From an uncultured Acidobacteriota bacterium (GTDB taxonomy: Bacteria > Acidobacteriota > Thermoanaerobaculia > UBA5066 > Gp7-AA6), in the NCBI GenBank assembly GCA_963804915.1, contig CAWDSI010000034.1, positions 14,675 to 78,674 on the forward strand: a DNA stretch of 64,000 bases, read 5' to 3'. Shown in pieces: positions 30,597 through 41,375 of this stretch. The translations under genes were made by a program, and so were the position numbers. Numbering within the stretch: position 1 is the first letter of the stretch; the number at the start of each line of letters is the position of its first letter. Under the pieces are notes generated by a model. The model was not told where the DNA came from. It worked only from the letters and a program-made list of their open reading frames with translations, and did no database searches.

Positions 30597-33280
30597 GTGA
30601 CGCTCGCTGCCGGAACGAAGCTCGGTCCCTACGAGATCGTCGCTCCCCTTGGTGCCGGCGGGATGGGCGAGGTCTACGCGCGCGCGATGCGCGCCTCTCG
30701 CGCGAGGTCGCGATCAAGGTGCTTCCGGAGAGCCTGGTGCGCGACACGGAGCGGCTGACCCGCTTCCGCCGCGAGGCGCAGGTCCTCGCGTCGCTCAATC
30801 ATCCCGCACATCGCGGCGATCTACGGGCTCGAGGAGCAGGACGGCCGGGAGGCGCTGATTCTCGAGCTGGTCGAAGGCGAAACGCTCGCCGAGCGGATCG
30901 CTCGCGGAGCGCTTCCGATCGACGAGGCGCTCGAGATCGCGCGCCAGATCGCCCGCGCCCTCGAGGCCGCGCACGAGAAGGGGATCGTGCACCGGGATCT
31001 CAAGCCCGCGAACGTGAAGCTCGACCGGGCCGGACAGGTCAAGGTGCTCGACTTCGGGCTCGCGAAAGCGCTCGCCACCGACGGGTCCTCGCCGGACATC
31101 ACGTCTTCGCCGACGATGACCGCGGCCGCGACGCAGGCCGGCGTCGTGCTCGGCACGGCCGCCTACATGTCGCCGGAGCAGGCGCGCGGCAAGCCCGTCG
31201 ACGAGCGCGCCGACATCTGGGCCTTCGCGACGGTGCTCTACGAGATGCTCACGGGCCGCAAGGCCTTCGAGGGCGAGACGGTCTCCGACACGCTCGCGGC
31301 GATCCTCACGAAGGAGCCGGACTGGAGCGCGCTGCCGGCCGACACGCCGGCGTCGGTCCGCCGCGTGCTTCGCCGTTGCCTCGACCGGGACCCGAAGACG
31401 CGCATCCACGACATCGCCGACGCGCGCCTCGAGCTCGACGAGCCCTCGTTGCCGCCGGCCGGCCCGGTGCCGATCCCGTACCCGAGCTCTCGCATCCCGG
31501 CCTGGGGATGGATCGCCGGCCTCGTTCTTCTTCTCGCCGCCGGAATCGGATGGTGGCGGGCGCTGCAGCCCAAGGCCGCCGCCCCGCCGACCGAGATCAC
31601 CGGCTTCGCCGTCGCGGTCCCGGGCAATGACCAGATCCCGTTCGACGATTCCCCGGTCCTCGATCTTTCGCGTGACGGAAGACAGCTCGTTTTCATCGGC
31701 GAACGCGACGGACAGACGACAGCTCTACGTTCGCTCCCGCGACCGGATCGCCGCGAGACCCGTTGCGGGCACGGCGGGCGCCTACAGCCCGTTCTTCTCG
31801 CCCGACGGTCAGTGGCTGGGCTTCTTCGCCGAGGGAAAGCTGAAGAAGGTACCGGTGGCCGGCGGTTCGGCGATCGTGCTCGCGGACGCGCCGAGCAACC
31901 GGGGAGGGGTCTGGCTGGAGGACGACACGATCGTGTTCTCGCCGGAATTCACCTCGGGGCTGAGCCGCGTGTCGGCGCGCGGCGGAAAGGTCGAGACGCT
32001 GACGACTCCCGACGCGAAAGCGGGCGAGCGCTCGCACCGCTGGCCGACGTATCTCCCGGGCGATTCCGCGGTGCTCTTCACGGTCGGACTGCTCTCGGCG
32101 CCCGGCAACTACGACGACGCTCGCATGGCCGTCTGGGAGCCCGCGACACGGAAGACGCGCATCGTGTACGAGGGTGGCACGCATGCCGCGCGTCGCCGGT
32201 GAGAACCATCTCGTCTTCTGGCGAGGCAACGCGATGCTCGCGGCCGGATTCGATTCGAAGACCCGGCGCCTGGTCGGCGAACCGGTGCCGCTCGCCGAAA
32301 GAGCGGCCGGCGATCCTTCGAGCGGAGTGGCCTACGTCGCCTTCGCGAGCCGACGGCACCTTCGCCTTCGTTCCCGAGGGGGCGTCCATCGAGCGCCGGC
32401 TCGTTCTCACCGATCGCACCGGAAAGGCCAGGCCCGTCCCCGGCCCGCCGCGCGAGTACCACTATCCTCGCTTCTCTCCGGACGGAACCCGTCTCGCCGT
32501 CTCGATCGGTCCCGGACACGGGCACTCCGACGAGGTCTGGATCTGCGACATCGCGACCGGCGCTGTCCGGCGTCTGACCTTCGGCGATGGAAACGGCAAC
32601 TACTACGCGGTCTGGTCGCCGGACGGGAAACGCCTGGCCTACACCACGGACCGCGCGCATCAGGGAATCTTCTTCAAGAACGCCGACGGCTCCGGACAGG
32701 AGGAGCCGCTGCGGCCCGAGGCGCATGGGTGACACTCCCGCAGGACTGGTCGCGCGACGGCTCACTTCTTCTGGTCGACCGCAATCTTCCCGTCACGGAC
32801 GTCCTCACGTATTCGTTGAAGGACCGACGCGAAACTCTCCTTGCGAAGTCGGCGGGCGCTGCCGTCTTCTCGCCGGACGGCCGCTGGGTCTCCTACACGA
32901 CCTTCGCGACCGGAAGCAGCAGCAGCCGGCCGCAGATCGTCGTCCAGCCCGCGACCGGCTCCGAGGGGAAGGTCCAGCTCACTCCGGAATCCGGCTATTT
33001 CTCCGTCTGGACGGACCGCGAGCTGATCTATCTCGTGGATCGCAATGTCGTGGCGGTCGAGACGCAGACCTCGCCCACGTTTCGGGCGGGACCGGAGCGC
33101 GTCCTCTTCGAGATGCTCTACGACCGAGGGACGGAGCCGTTGCGCGAATACGACGTCACGCGCGACGGCCAGACCTTCGTGTTCGTCGGCGGCTCGGGCG
33201 AGCGGATTCGGAAAGAGGTCGACGTCGTCCTGAACTGGACGAACGAGCTGGCCCGCCAGTTGCCGGAGGGGAAGAAGTGA
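30597..33280 (+). CDS. K3: Ser/Thr kinase - TM - TolB/PD40 beta-propeller; multiple frameshifts
   Basis: GTG 30597 ([10 protein letters not shown]), [32 protein letters not shown]; SPDG repeats; ends [18 protein letters not shown]. Confidence 0.88.
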
Positions 33281-33747
33281 GCGCCCTGCTCATCGTCCAG
33301 CTCGTGTCCGTCTTCACGACGGGACTGCTCGCCGGAATCTTCTTCGGAGACCGGATGGGCAACAGCTATGCGCGGCCGAAGCTTCCGCCCTCGGCGTTCG
33401 TGACGTTCCAGCAGGTCCAGAACGTCCGCTTCGCGAGGATGATGCCGCTTCCGATCCTCGCCGCGCTCGTCTCCGACGCGCTGTGGATGGTGCTTCTCCG
33501 CGACCACATGGACACGACGGGCTTCCGGCTTCTGGCGGGCGGCACGCTCGCGCTGTTTCTGGCCGTGGTGCTCACACGTGTGGTGAACATCCCGATCAAC
33601 AACCGGCTCGCCAAGTGGAGTCCCGCGTCGCCGCCGTCCGATTTCACCTCGACCTGGGCGCGCTGGGAACGGGTCCACACCGTGCGCACGATCCTCGCCG
33701 TGCTGTCCTTCGCCCTGGTTCTCGCCGCGTTCGGGCTGGAGCTTTAG
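33277..33747 (+). CDS. DUF1772 / anthrone oxygenase-like membrane protein
   Basis: GTG overlaps the K3 stop (GTGA); hydrophobic helices; [24 protein letters not shown]. Confidence 0.7.
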   Translation: MSALLIVQLVSVFTTGLLAGIFFGDRMGNSYARPKLPPSAFVTFQQVQNVRFARMMPLPILAALVSDALWMVLLRDHMDTTGFRLLAGGTLALFLAVVLTRVVNIPINNRLAKWSPASPPSDFTSTWARWERVHTVRTILAVLSFALVLAAFGLEL

Positions 33748-35000
33748 GCCGTGACCGGCCGGGACGCTTCCTTGCGGGGATACTTCGTCGCGACGTAGTC
33801 GTCGACGAGGGCGCGGAAGGCCGTGGCGAGCTCCTCGTAGGTCCCTTCGAGCGTCGTGAAGTGCTGGCCGTCGATGTAGACGGGACAGTGCGGCTCTTCG
33901 CCGGTGCCGGGCAGCGAGATGCCGATGGAGGCCGCCTTGGATTCGCCGGGGCCGTTGACGACGCAGCCCATCACGGCGAGCGTCATGTTCTCGACGCCCT
34001 CGTGCTCCTGCTTCCAGACGGGCATCTGGTCGCGGATGTAGCCCTGGATGCGCTCGGCGAGCTCCTGGAACGTCGTCGACGTCGTGCGGCCGCAGCCCGG
34101 GCAGGCCGTGACCGACGGCGCGAAGGCACGGATGCCCAGCGACTGCAGAAGCTCGCACGCGGCGTAGACCTCTTCGCGCCGATCGCCTCCGGGCCTCGGC
34201 GTCAGCGAGATGCGGATCGTGTCGCCGATGCCCTCGTTCAGGAGCACGCCCATCGCCGAGGAGGACCACACGAGGCCCTTCATGCCCATGCCGGCCTCGG
34301 TCAGTCCCAGGTGGAGCGGCTGGTCGGTGCGCGTGGCGAGCTCGCGATAGACCGCGATCAGATCGAGCGGCCGCGAGACCTTGCACGAGATGATGATCTG
34401 GTCCTTGCGCAGCCCCGACTGCAGCGCGAGCTCGGTCGACTGGAGGGCGGAGAGGACCATGCACTCGTTGATGATTTCCTCGGAGGTGTGTCCGAGGTCC
34501 TTGTCGGTGTTCTCCTGCATCTTCTCCATGACGAGCTCCTGGTTCAGGGAGCCGCCATTGACGCCGATGCGGACGGGCTTGGCGTTCTCGACGGCGATCT
34601 TGCAGATCGTCGCGAACTGCTCGTCGCGCCGAACACCTTTGCCGACGTTGCCGGGATTGATCCGGTACTTGTCGAGGGCCCGGGCGCAGTCGGGGTACTT
34701 CGTCAGAAGAACGTGCCCGTTGTAGTGAAAGTCTCCGATCAGGGGCGCGTCGACCCCCGCGTCGAGCATCCGCTTCTTGATCTCGGGCACGGCGGCTGCG
34801 GCCTCAGGAATGTTGACCGTGATCCGGACCATCTCCGAGCCGGCCCGGGCGAGCTCGATGCACTGCGTGGCGGTGGATTTCACGTCCACCGTGTCGGTGT
34901 TCGACATCGACTGGACGACGACGGGGGCGCCGCCGCCGACCATCACCTTGCCGACGCGGACCCCCACGGTGGAGTGACGTTTGCGCTGACTCATGGACAT
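33744..35000 (-). CDS. ispG: 4-hydroxy-3-methylbut-2-en-1-yl diphosphate synthase
   Basis: [57 protein letters not shown]. Confidence 0.97.
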   Translation of the reverse strand: MSMSQRKRHSTVGVRVGKVMVGGGAPVVVQSMSNTDTVDVKSTATQCIELARAGSEMVRITVNIPEAAAAVPEIKKRMLDAGVDAPLIGDFHYNGHVLLTKYPDCARALDKYRINPGNVGKGVRRDEQFATICKIAVENAKPVRIGVNGGSLNQELVMEKMQENTDKDLGHTSEEIINECMVLSALQSTELALQSGLRKDQIIISCKVSRPLDLIAVYRELATRTDQPLHLGLTEAGMGMKGLVWSSSAMGVLLNEGIGDTIRISLTPRPGGDRREEVYAACELLQSLGIRAFAPSVTACPGCGRTTSTTFQELAERIQGYIRDQMPVWKQEHEGVENMTLAVMGCVVNGPGESKAASIGISLPGTGEEPHCPVYIDGQHFTTLEGTYEELATAFRALVDDYVATKYPRKEASRPVTA

Positions 35001-35121
35001 TTCAATTTACCAGATGACCGGAGGTCTTTGAATCCCGCACACGAGCAATGCCGACACGCGCCGTACGAGGTCGGCAGCCGAAGACGGCGTCGAGTCGCGG
35101 TAGAATCGGGCTAAACAGAGG

Positions 35122-37252
35122 ATGCCATAGAAGGACTGCGGCGCTGGTTCGGGGAGACTGAAGCCAGAAAGTTCGAGGAACGACTCGGCCGCGGATCCAC
35201 TCGCTTCCAGCTCGGCCTCTCCACTTTCTGCATTCTGGCTCTGGAGCTCGCCCTCATTCGCTGGGTTTCCGGTCAGGTCAGGATCTTTGCGTATTTCGCA
35301 AACCTGGTCTTGCTGGCGGCCTTTCTGGGCATGGGGCTTGGCCTCGCGATCGGTCGACGGCGCCCGATTCTGGTGCGGGCGGCGCTTCCTGTTCTGGCGG
35401 TTTTTCGGCGATCCTCGCATTCTCAGCGGAGCTCGGGCTGCTCCACATGCGCTTCCCGGATCCGGCGATCGTTTTCTGGGGGGGAGAATCGGCCGTTTCC
35501 CTCTGGGCCTTCGTGCGGGGAGTTGTCCAGATCGCCGGGCTCTTCTCTCTCGTCTCCCTGATTTTCCTGCTCGCATCCTGCCCGTTGGGCTGGCTCTTCG
35601 GGCGACTGCCTCCTTTGACGGCCTATTCGGCAGATCTGCTCGGGTCGATGCTCGGCGTCCTCGCCATGGCGGCTCTCGCGGTGGCAAGCACAGGTCCCGT
35701 GGTCTGGATGCTGTTGGTGGTCTGCCCGCTCCTGTGGCTCGCGCCGTCGCGCATCGGGGTCATCTCCGCGCTCCTCGTTCTCGTGTTCGCGGCGATCTCC
35801 GTTCGCGGCGCGATCTTTTCTCCTTACAACCGACTCGATCTTCAGCCCCACAGCCTCGGGGACCCCGGAGACCACGGGAAAGAATGGATTCTGTCGACCA
35901 ACCGTGACTTTTCGCAGCAGATTCTCGACCTGTCCTCGCAAGCCTCGAAGGACAGCCCTCACCGCCAGCCCTATCAGTCCGTCTACGAACTTCCATTCCG
36001 GCTGGGACGGCCCGGCGGCCGAGCCCTGGTCGTGGGCGCCGGAACTGGAAACGATGTCGCGGCCGCGCTTCGAGTGGGTTCCGCGCAGGTCGTGGCGGTC
36101 GAGATCGACCCCCAGATTGCCGGCATCGGCCGTCGGCTGCATCCCGAGCGACCCTATGAGGATCGCCGCACGGCGCTCGTCATCAACGACGCACGAGCCT
36201 ACTTCGAACAACACCCCGACGAGCGATTCGACGTCGTCGCTTATGGGCTGCTCGACTCGCACTCGATGTTTTCCTCGATGTCTTCGCTGAGACTGGACAA
36301 CTACGTCTACACCGTCGAGGGGATTCGCGCGGGGTGGTCCCACGTCAAAGACGGAGGGATCCTGTCCATCTGCTTTTCGATCGTGACGGGAAACGAATTC
36401 ATTGCCGATCGCATGATCGGGATCATCCAGGAAGCGACGGGCGTCCGGCCCGTCGTCGTGACGCACGGAATGAACTACGGAATGACGTTCATTGCCAGCC
36501 GCAGTCCGGACCTCATGAATTTTCCGCCCGTGGTCGGCCGAGTGGTGAGGGACGCCGTGGCCGATCCCCGAGTTCGAATTCCCACGCGACGACTGGCCTT
36601 TCCTGTACCTGCGCCCCGGAGCGACTCCGTGGACCTACATCGCGGTCCTGGGAGTCATTCTTCTGATTGCCTGGGCCGGTATTCGCAACGTGTACGGGTT
36701 GGGAAAGGCTGGGGCGAAATCGTTCGATCCCCCTCTCTTCTTCATGGGCGCCGCCTTTCTTCTGCTCGAAACGAGAATGGTGACGACGTTGAGTCTCCTT
36801 TTTGGATCCACATGGGTGGTCAACGCCTCTGTCTTCTCCGGAATCCTGATGACCGCGTTCCTCGCCAATCTCGCGGCCATGCGCCTGCCCCGGAGAACGA
36901 TCCTGCTTTCCTACGTTCCCCTGGCGGCCAGCTTGCTTCTCACCTGGGCGATCCCGCCGGGCTGGCTGAATTCGCTGCCACTTCTCTCGAGAGGAATCGC
37001 CGGCGGGACTCTCTATGCTCTTCCCGTCGCTTTTGCCGGCGTCATTTTCTCCGGGTTCCTCAGAGAGTCGACCCAACCGGCGGCCGCTCTCGGATCCAAC
37101 CTTCTCGGCGCCGTCGTCGGCGGCACGATCGAGTACACCTCGATGGCGATCGGCCTTCGGAGCCTGACGCTGCTGGCGTTGGTTTTCTACCTGCTCTCGT
37201 ATCTGTTCGTGTCGCGAGCGGCCAGGACCTCGCCGATTCCCGTGGCCTCTTA
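35122..37252 (+). CDS. Membrane protein with a spermidine-synthase-like SAM-binding domain; start uncertain, frameshifts near 35410 and 36590
   Basis: N-terminal LELALIRWVSGQVRIFAYFANLVLLAAFLGMGLG; SPYNRL; LVVGAGTGNDV...VVAVEIDP; NDAR; C-terminal FFMGAAFLLLET...GSNLLGAVVGG. Confidence 0.72.
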
Positions 37253-37360
37253 GTGTTCGTGGAGCGCTCTTCGCCGAACTGATTCACCGGCAACTCCGGC
37301 GGCACGAGAGGGGCGGCACGGCGGTCGCCGGCCGCGGGGCGATTCTGTATGCTTGGCGCA

Positions 37361-37427
37361 GACTCTTAGCGGCCCGCTCCGCGGGCCAACCGACGAGAGA
37401 GGGGACGTCGCTCTTGCACCCTCTCCC
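37361..37427 (+). promoter_or_regulatory. Conserved structured kinase-leader motif, copy 1 (before K4)
   Basis: GACTCTTAGC GGCCCGC-TCC-GCGGGCC AAC CGACG A GAGAGGG...CGTCG...CCCTCTCCC, 13 nt before ATG 37441; -10-like TATGCT at 37348. Confidence 0.7.
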
Positions 37428-37440
37428 GAGTGTGAGTGAG

Positions 37441-40129
37441 ATGCCGCTTTCCGCCGGGACACGCCTCGGTCCCTACGAGATCCTCTCGCCGCTCGGCGCG
37501 GGAGGGATGGGCGAGGTCTACCGGGCGCGCGATCCCAAGCTGAACCGGGACCTCGCGATCAAAGTCCTTCCCGAGGCGGTCGCGGAGGACCCCGAGCGGC
37601 TGGCGCGGTTCCAGCGGGAAGCCCAGCTTCTGGCCGCGCTCAACCATCCGCACATCGGCGCGATCTACGGGCTCGTGGAATCCGACGGGCGTCGAAGCTC
37701 TCGTGCTCGAGCTCGTCGAAGGGGAGACGCTCGCCGAGAGGCTCGCGGTCGGGGCGATGCCGATCGACGAGGCTCTGGCCGTCGCCCGGCAGATCGGCGA
37801 CGCGCTCGAGGCGGCGCACGAGAAGGGCATCGTCCACCGGGACCTGAAGCCCGCGAACGTCAAATTGACGCCCGGCGGATCGGTCAAGGTCCTCGACTTC
37901 GGTCTCGCGAAGGCGTTGTCGACCGACGCGTCGGCGCCCGACGTGACGCGCTCACCCACCATCACCGCCGCGGCGACGCAGGCCGGCGTGGTGCTCGGTA
38001 CGGCGGCGTACATGTCGCCGGAGCAGGCGCGCGGAAGGCCGGTCGACAAGCGATCCGACATCTGGTCGTTCGGGGTCGTGCTGTACGAGATGCTGACGGG
38101 CACGCGCTGCTTCGAGGGCGAGACCGTCTCGGACGTGCTCGCCGCCGTGCTGCGGCAGGAGCCGGACTGGTCGAAGCTGCCTCCGGACACGCCGCCCCAG
38201 GTTCGCGCGCTCCTCGGCCGCTGTCTCGAGCGCGATCCGAAGAAGCGGCTGCGCGACATCGGCGACGCGTGGTTGGAGGGCGGCGCCGCGCCGCCCGTTC
38301 CGGTCGAGCGAAAAGCCCCGGCGTCGCGATGGCCCTGGGTCGCCACGGTGTTCGTCGCGCTCGCGGCGCTCGCGCTCGGATTCGCGGCGGCCCGCTGGCT
38401 CGCGAGACCCGCGCCGGCAGCGAAGGCCGCCGCCATCCACTCGGTCGTCCCGCTCCCTCCCGGCACGCGTCTCTCCGGCTGGGCCTCGCCGATCGTCGCG
38501 ATCTCGCGCGACGGCCGCACGCTCGCCTTCGTCGCCGAAAAGGAAGGGGAGCCGCAGAGACTGTACGTGCACCGTCTCGACCGGGACGATACGCGCGTGG
38601 TGCCCGACAGCGCCTCGGCCGAAGGCCCGTTCTTCTCTCCGGACGGGCAGTGGGTCGGCTTTGCGACGAACGTGTCGCAGGTATCCCGCACGGGCAGCGG
38701 AGATCTGAGGAAGTACTCCCTGGCGACGGGCCTCACGCAGAAGATCGCCGACATCCCGGACTTCTTCGGCGCGAACTGGTCGATCGACGGGACGATCGTC
38801 GTCGCCGTTTCGACCACGGAGGGCGTGTGGCGCTTCCCGCCCGGAGGCGGACCGCCCGACACCTCGGCGCAGACGATCGCTCGTGGACGGCAAGCCTGTC
38901 CGGCGCCGGCTCTGGTGGCCGCAGTGGATGACGTCCATCGGGCGTGCTCGTCACGGACGAGGGCGACACGAGCTGGGGAGGCGCGGCGGTGCTCGGACTT
39001 CCCGCTCGGACGTTGTCGAGTATCGAGAAGGACGTGCTCTTCTCGCGGTACGCGTCCAACGGATGCCTGCTCATGTCTCGCCGCGACCGCACGCTCTTCT
39101 CGGCTCCGTTCGATGCGCGGACGCTGCGCGCGAGCGGTCCTCCCGTCGCCGTGCTGCGCGAGGTCGCGTTCGGCTGCAACGGCGCGGCGGCGATGGCCGT
39201 CTCCGAGAACGGAACCCTGGTCTACGCGAGCGGCTACGTCCGAGGCAGCGGAATGGACCTCTCGCGTATGGCGCGCATCGGGTCGAAGGGCGAAGTCGAG
39301 ATGCTGCCCTTCGACGCGGGATTCGTTCGGCCGCGTGCCCATGCCGTCGCCGGACGGCCGCTCTCTCGCCGTGATCACGTCCGACGGAGCGGTGTGGGTC
39401 TACGATCTGGCCCGCCGGATCCGCAGGGCCCTTCCGCTCGGGAAGCGCCGCTCCCAGGGCTACGCCGTCTCCTGGTCCCCCGATGGGCGCAGCATCGCGT
39501 ACTCGGCGTCGTCCGAAGGGAGTCAGGGCTGGGGCATCTATCGGCAGCCTGCGGACGGCAGCGGCGCCCCCGAGGAGCTCGTGCCTCCCGGCGAGGAGGC
39601 CTACGCCCTGGCGTTTGCTCCGGACGGGTCGTCATTCGTGTCCGCGGAATTCGCGGCGCACCCGAGTCTCTCGCGCCGATCCCTGAATGGAAAGAACGAA
39701 GCCGCGAAGATCGTCGACGGCCTGGTCGCTGGAGCAAGCTTTTCACCGGACGGGCGATGGCTCGCCTACGACCTGCAGGTGTCCGACGGGTGGCAGGTCC
39801 TGATGATGCCCGTATCCGGCGACGGGCCTCGCGTGCCGCTCGCGTCGGGCGCCCGATTCCCTCGCTGGTCGCCGGATGGGCGAAGCGTCTATTGCCGACA
39901 GGGAGACGCGCTCATACGGATACCGATCCCCGCAGGCGACCACCCCGAGCCCGGCGCGCCCGAGGTGCTACTCAAGATGCCGATGCGCGGCTACTCCGTC
40001 GCGCCCGACGGCAAGGGATTCTTCGCGGTCGTCGATGCGGACGACTCCGGCATCGTGAAGGAGCTCCACCTCGTGACGAACTGGTTCTCGGAGCTCGAAG
40101 CCCTCACGTCGCCACCGCCGGCGAAGTAG
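37441..40129 (+). CDS. K4: Ser/Thr kinase - TM - TolB/PD40 beta-propeller; frameshifts near 37695, 38900-38940 and 39325
   Basis: [32 protein letters not shown]; SPDG repeats; ends LVTNWFSELEAL. Confidence 0.9.
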
Positions 40130-40687
40130 TCAGTTTCCGGCGGCCGCGTTCTTCGCGCCGGGGGGCGGCGGATACTCGGCGAGGAGCTCGGAGACCGCCT
40201 TGTTGATGTCGCGTCGGAGCGCGTCGGGATTCGTGCCGAGCAGCGCCGACTTGAGCCCGCGCCAGATGAGCTTGCGCTCGGAGTCGCGGATGTTGATCCA
40301 GAGCGTGCCCCCCTGGCGGTACTTCGTGCTCGTGTCGTACAGGCCGCTCCACCAGACGTACCCGCTGACGCGTTCCTGGGACGAGGCGCCTTCCGCCCGC
40401 GTCGAGTAGGAGATGTAGATGTCGGGCGTGGCGCCGGCGGCCGCGGGCTGGACGCCTTTCTTCTTGAGGTTCTCGTCGATGGCCCTCCGAATGTTCTCGT
40501 CGATGAATTGCCCGTCGACGACCGCCCCGCCGCCGGGCATCTTGAAGTCCGGATCGTCGTACCACGCGTACGTCGTCGGGGGCGTGAAGCGAAAGTTCGG
40601 ATCGAAAGCATAGTCGTACGTCGGCTTTCCGGCGCAGCCGACCAGGAAGCTCGCGGCGAGCGACAGGGAAACGAGGACTTTTCGCAT
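40130..40687 (-). CDS. DUF4136 family lipoprotein
   Basis: ATG 40687 after AAGGAG; lipobox LVGC; TYAWY, FIDENIRRAIDENL, GTLWINIRD...LIWRG. Confidence 0.75.
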   Translation of the reverse strand: MRKVLVSLSLAASFLVGCAGKPTYDYAFDPNFRFTPPTTYAWYDDPDFKMPGGGAVVDGQFIDENIRRAIDENLKKKGVQPAAAGATPDIYISYSTRAEGASSQERVSGYVWWSGLYDTSTKYRQGGTLWINIRDSERKLIWRGLKSALLGTNPDALRRDINKAVSELLAEYPPPPGAKNAAAGN

Positions 40688-40695
40688 GGGGCTCC

Positions 40696-41254
40696 TTACT
40701 GCGACGGCGTCGATCCGGGCGCCGGCGGGAAATGCGACAGCAGGACGTCGATTTCGTGGCGGATCTCGCGGCCGACCTGCGCCGGGATCTTCTCCTTCGA
40801 GGCGCGTGATCGAGCCCTGCCAGACGAGGGTCTTCGCCGGGTTGTAGATGTCGATGATGATCTGCCTCGACTTCTCGTACATGTCGTTCTCGTAGCCCGT
40901 GAGAACCGCGCGGTTCCAGTCCTTGACCTGGTCGGTCACGCGGGTGTCACCGGTGCCGTAGGAAACGAGCATCGAGGCCTGCGCCGCGTCGACTTTCTGA
41001 AAGCCGCGCTTCCCGAGCGACTCGTCCACCGCCTGCCGGACGGTCCGGTCGATGAACTGCCCGTCGATGATCGAGTCCCCGTGCGGCATCTGGAAGTTCG
41101 GGCCCTCGTACCACGCATACGTTTTCATCCCGGCGAGACTGCTCGTCGCGGCCTGGTCCCAGGCATAGATGGGCGCCGGATGCGTTCCGCGACAGGCAGC
41201 GCGACCAGCGCCGCCGCCGCGATCATCAGAGAGCAGGAGAGCCCGTCGTCTCAT
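40696..41254 (-). CDS. Second DUF4136 family protein; frameshifted
   Basis: KTYAWY, FIDRTVRQAVDESL, IIIDIYNPAKTLVWQG; own TAA at 40696-40698; fused to its neighbour in the ORF track only through indels. Confidence 0.65.
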
Positions 41255-41301
41255 CGTTCCTCCGTCGGGGGTTTCACCGGGACATTACTATAGGCGACTC
41301 A

Positions 41302-41366
41302 GACTCTTGAGCGGCCCGCTTCGCGGGCCGACCGACGAGAGAGGGAAAGTCGCGAGACCCTCTCCC
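41302..41366 (+). promoter_or_regulatory. Conserved structured kinase-leader motif, copy 2 (before K5)
   Basis: GACTCTTGAGC GGCCCGC-TTC-GCGGGCC GAC CGACG A GAGAGGG AAA GTCG CGAGA CCCTCTCCC, 9 nt before ATG 41376; -10-like TACTAT at 41286. Confidence 0.7.
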
Positions 41367-41375
41367 GGAAATGAA

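Noticed and set aside
37253-37360. Possible small ORF or ncRNA between the methyltransferase and leader copy 1
   Set aside because: No recognisable motif, RBS or stable repeated structure.
40130-41254. Single 374-aa double-DUF4136 fusion
   Set aside because: There is an internal TAA at 40696-40698, followed by an AAGGAG RBS, an ATG at 40687 and a new lipoprotein signal. The fusion arises from indels.
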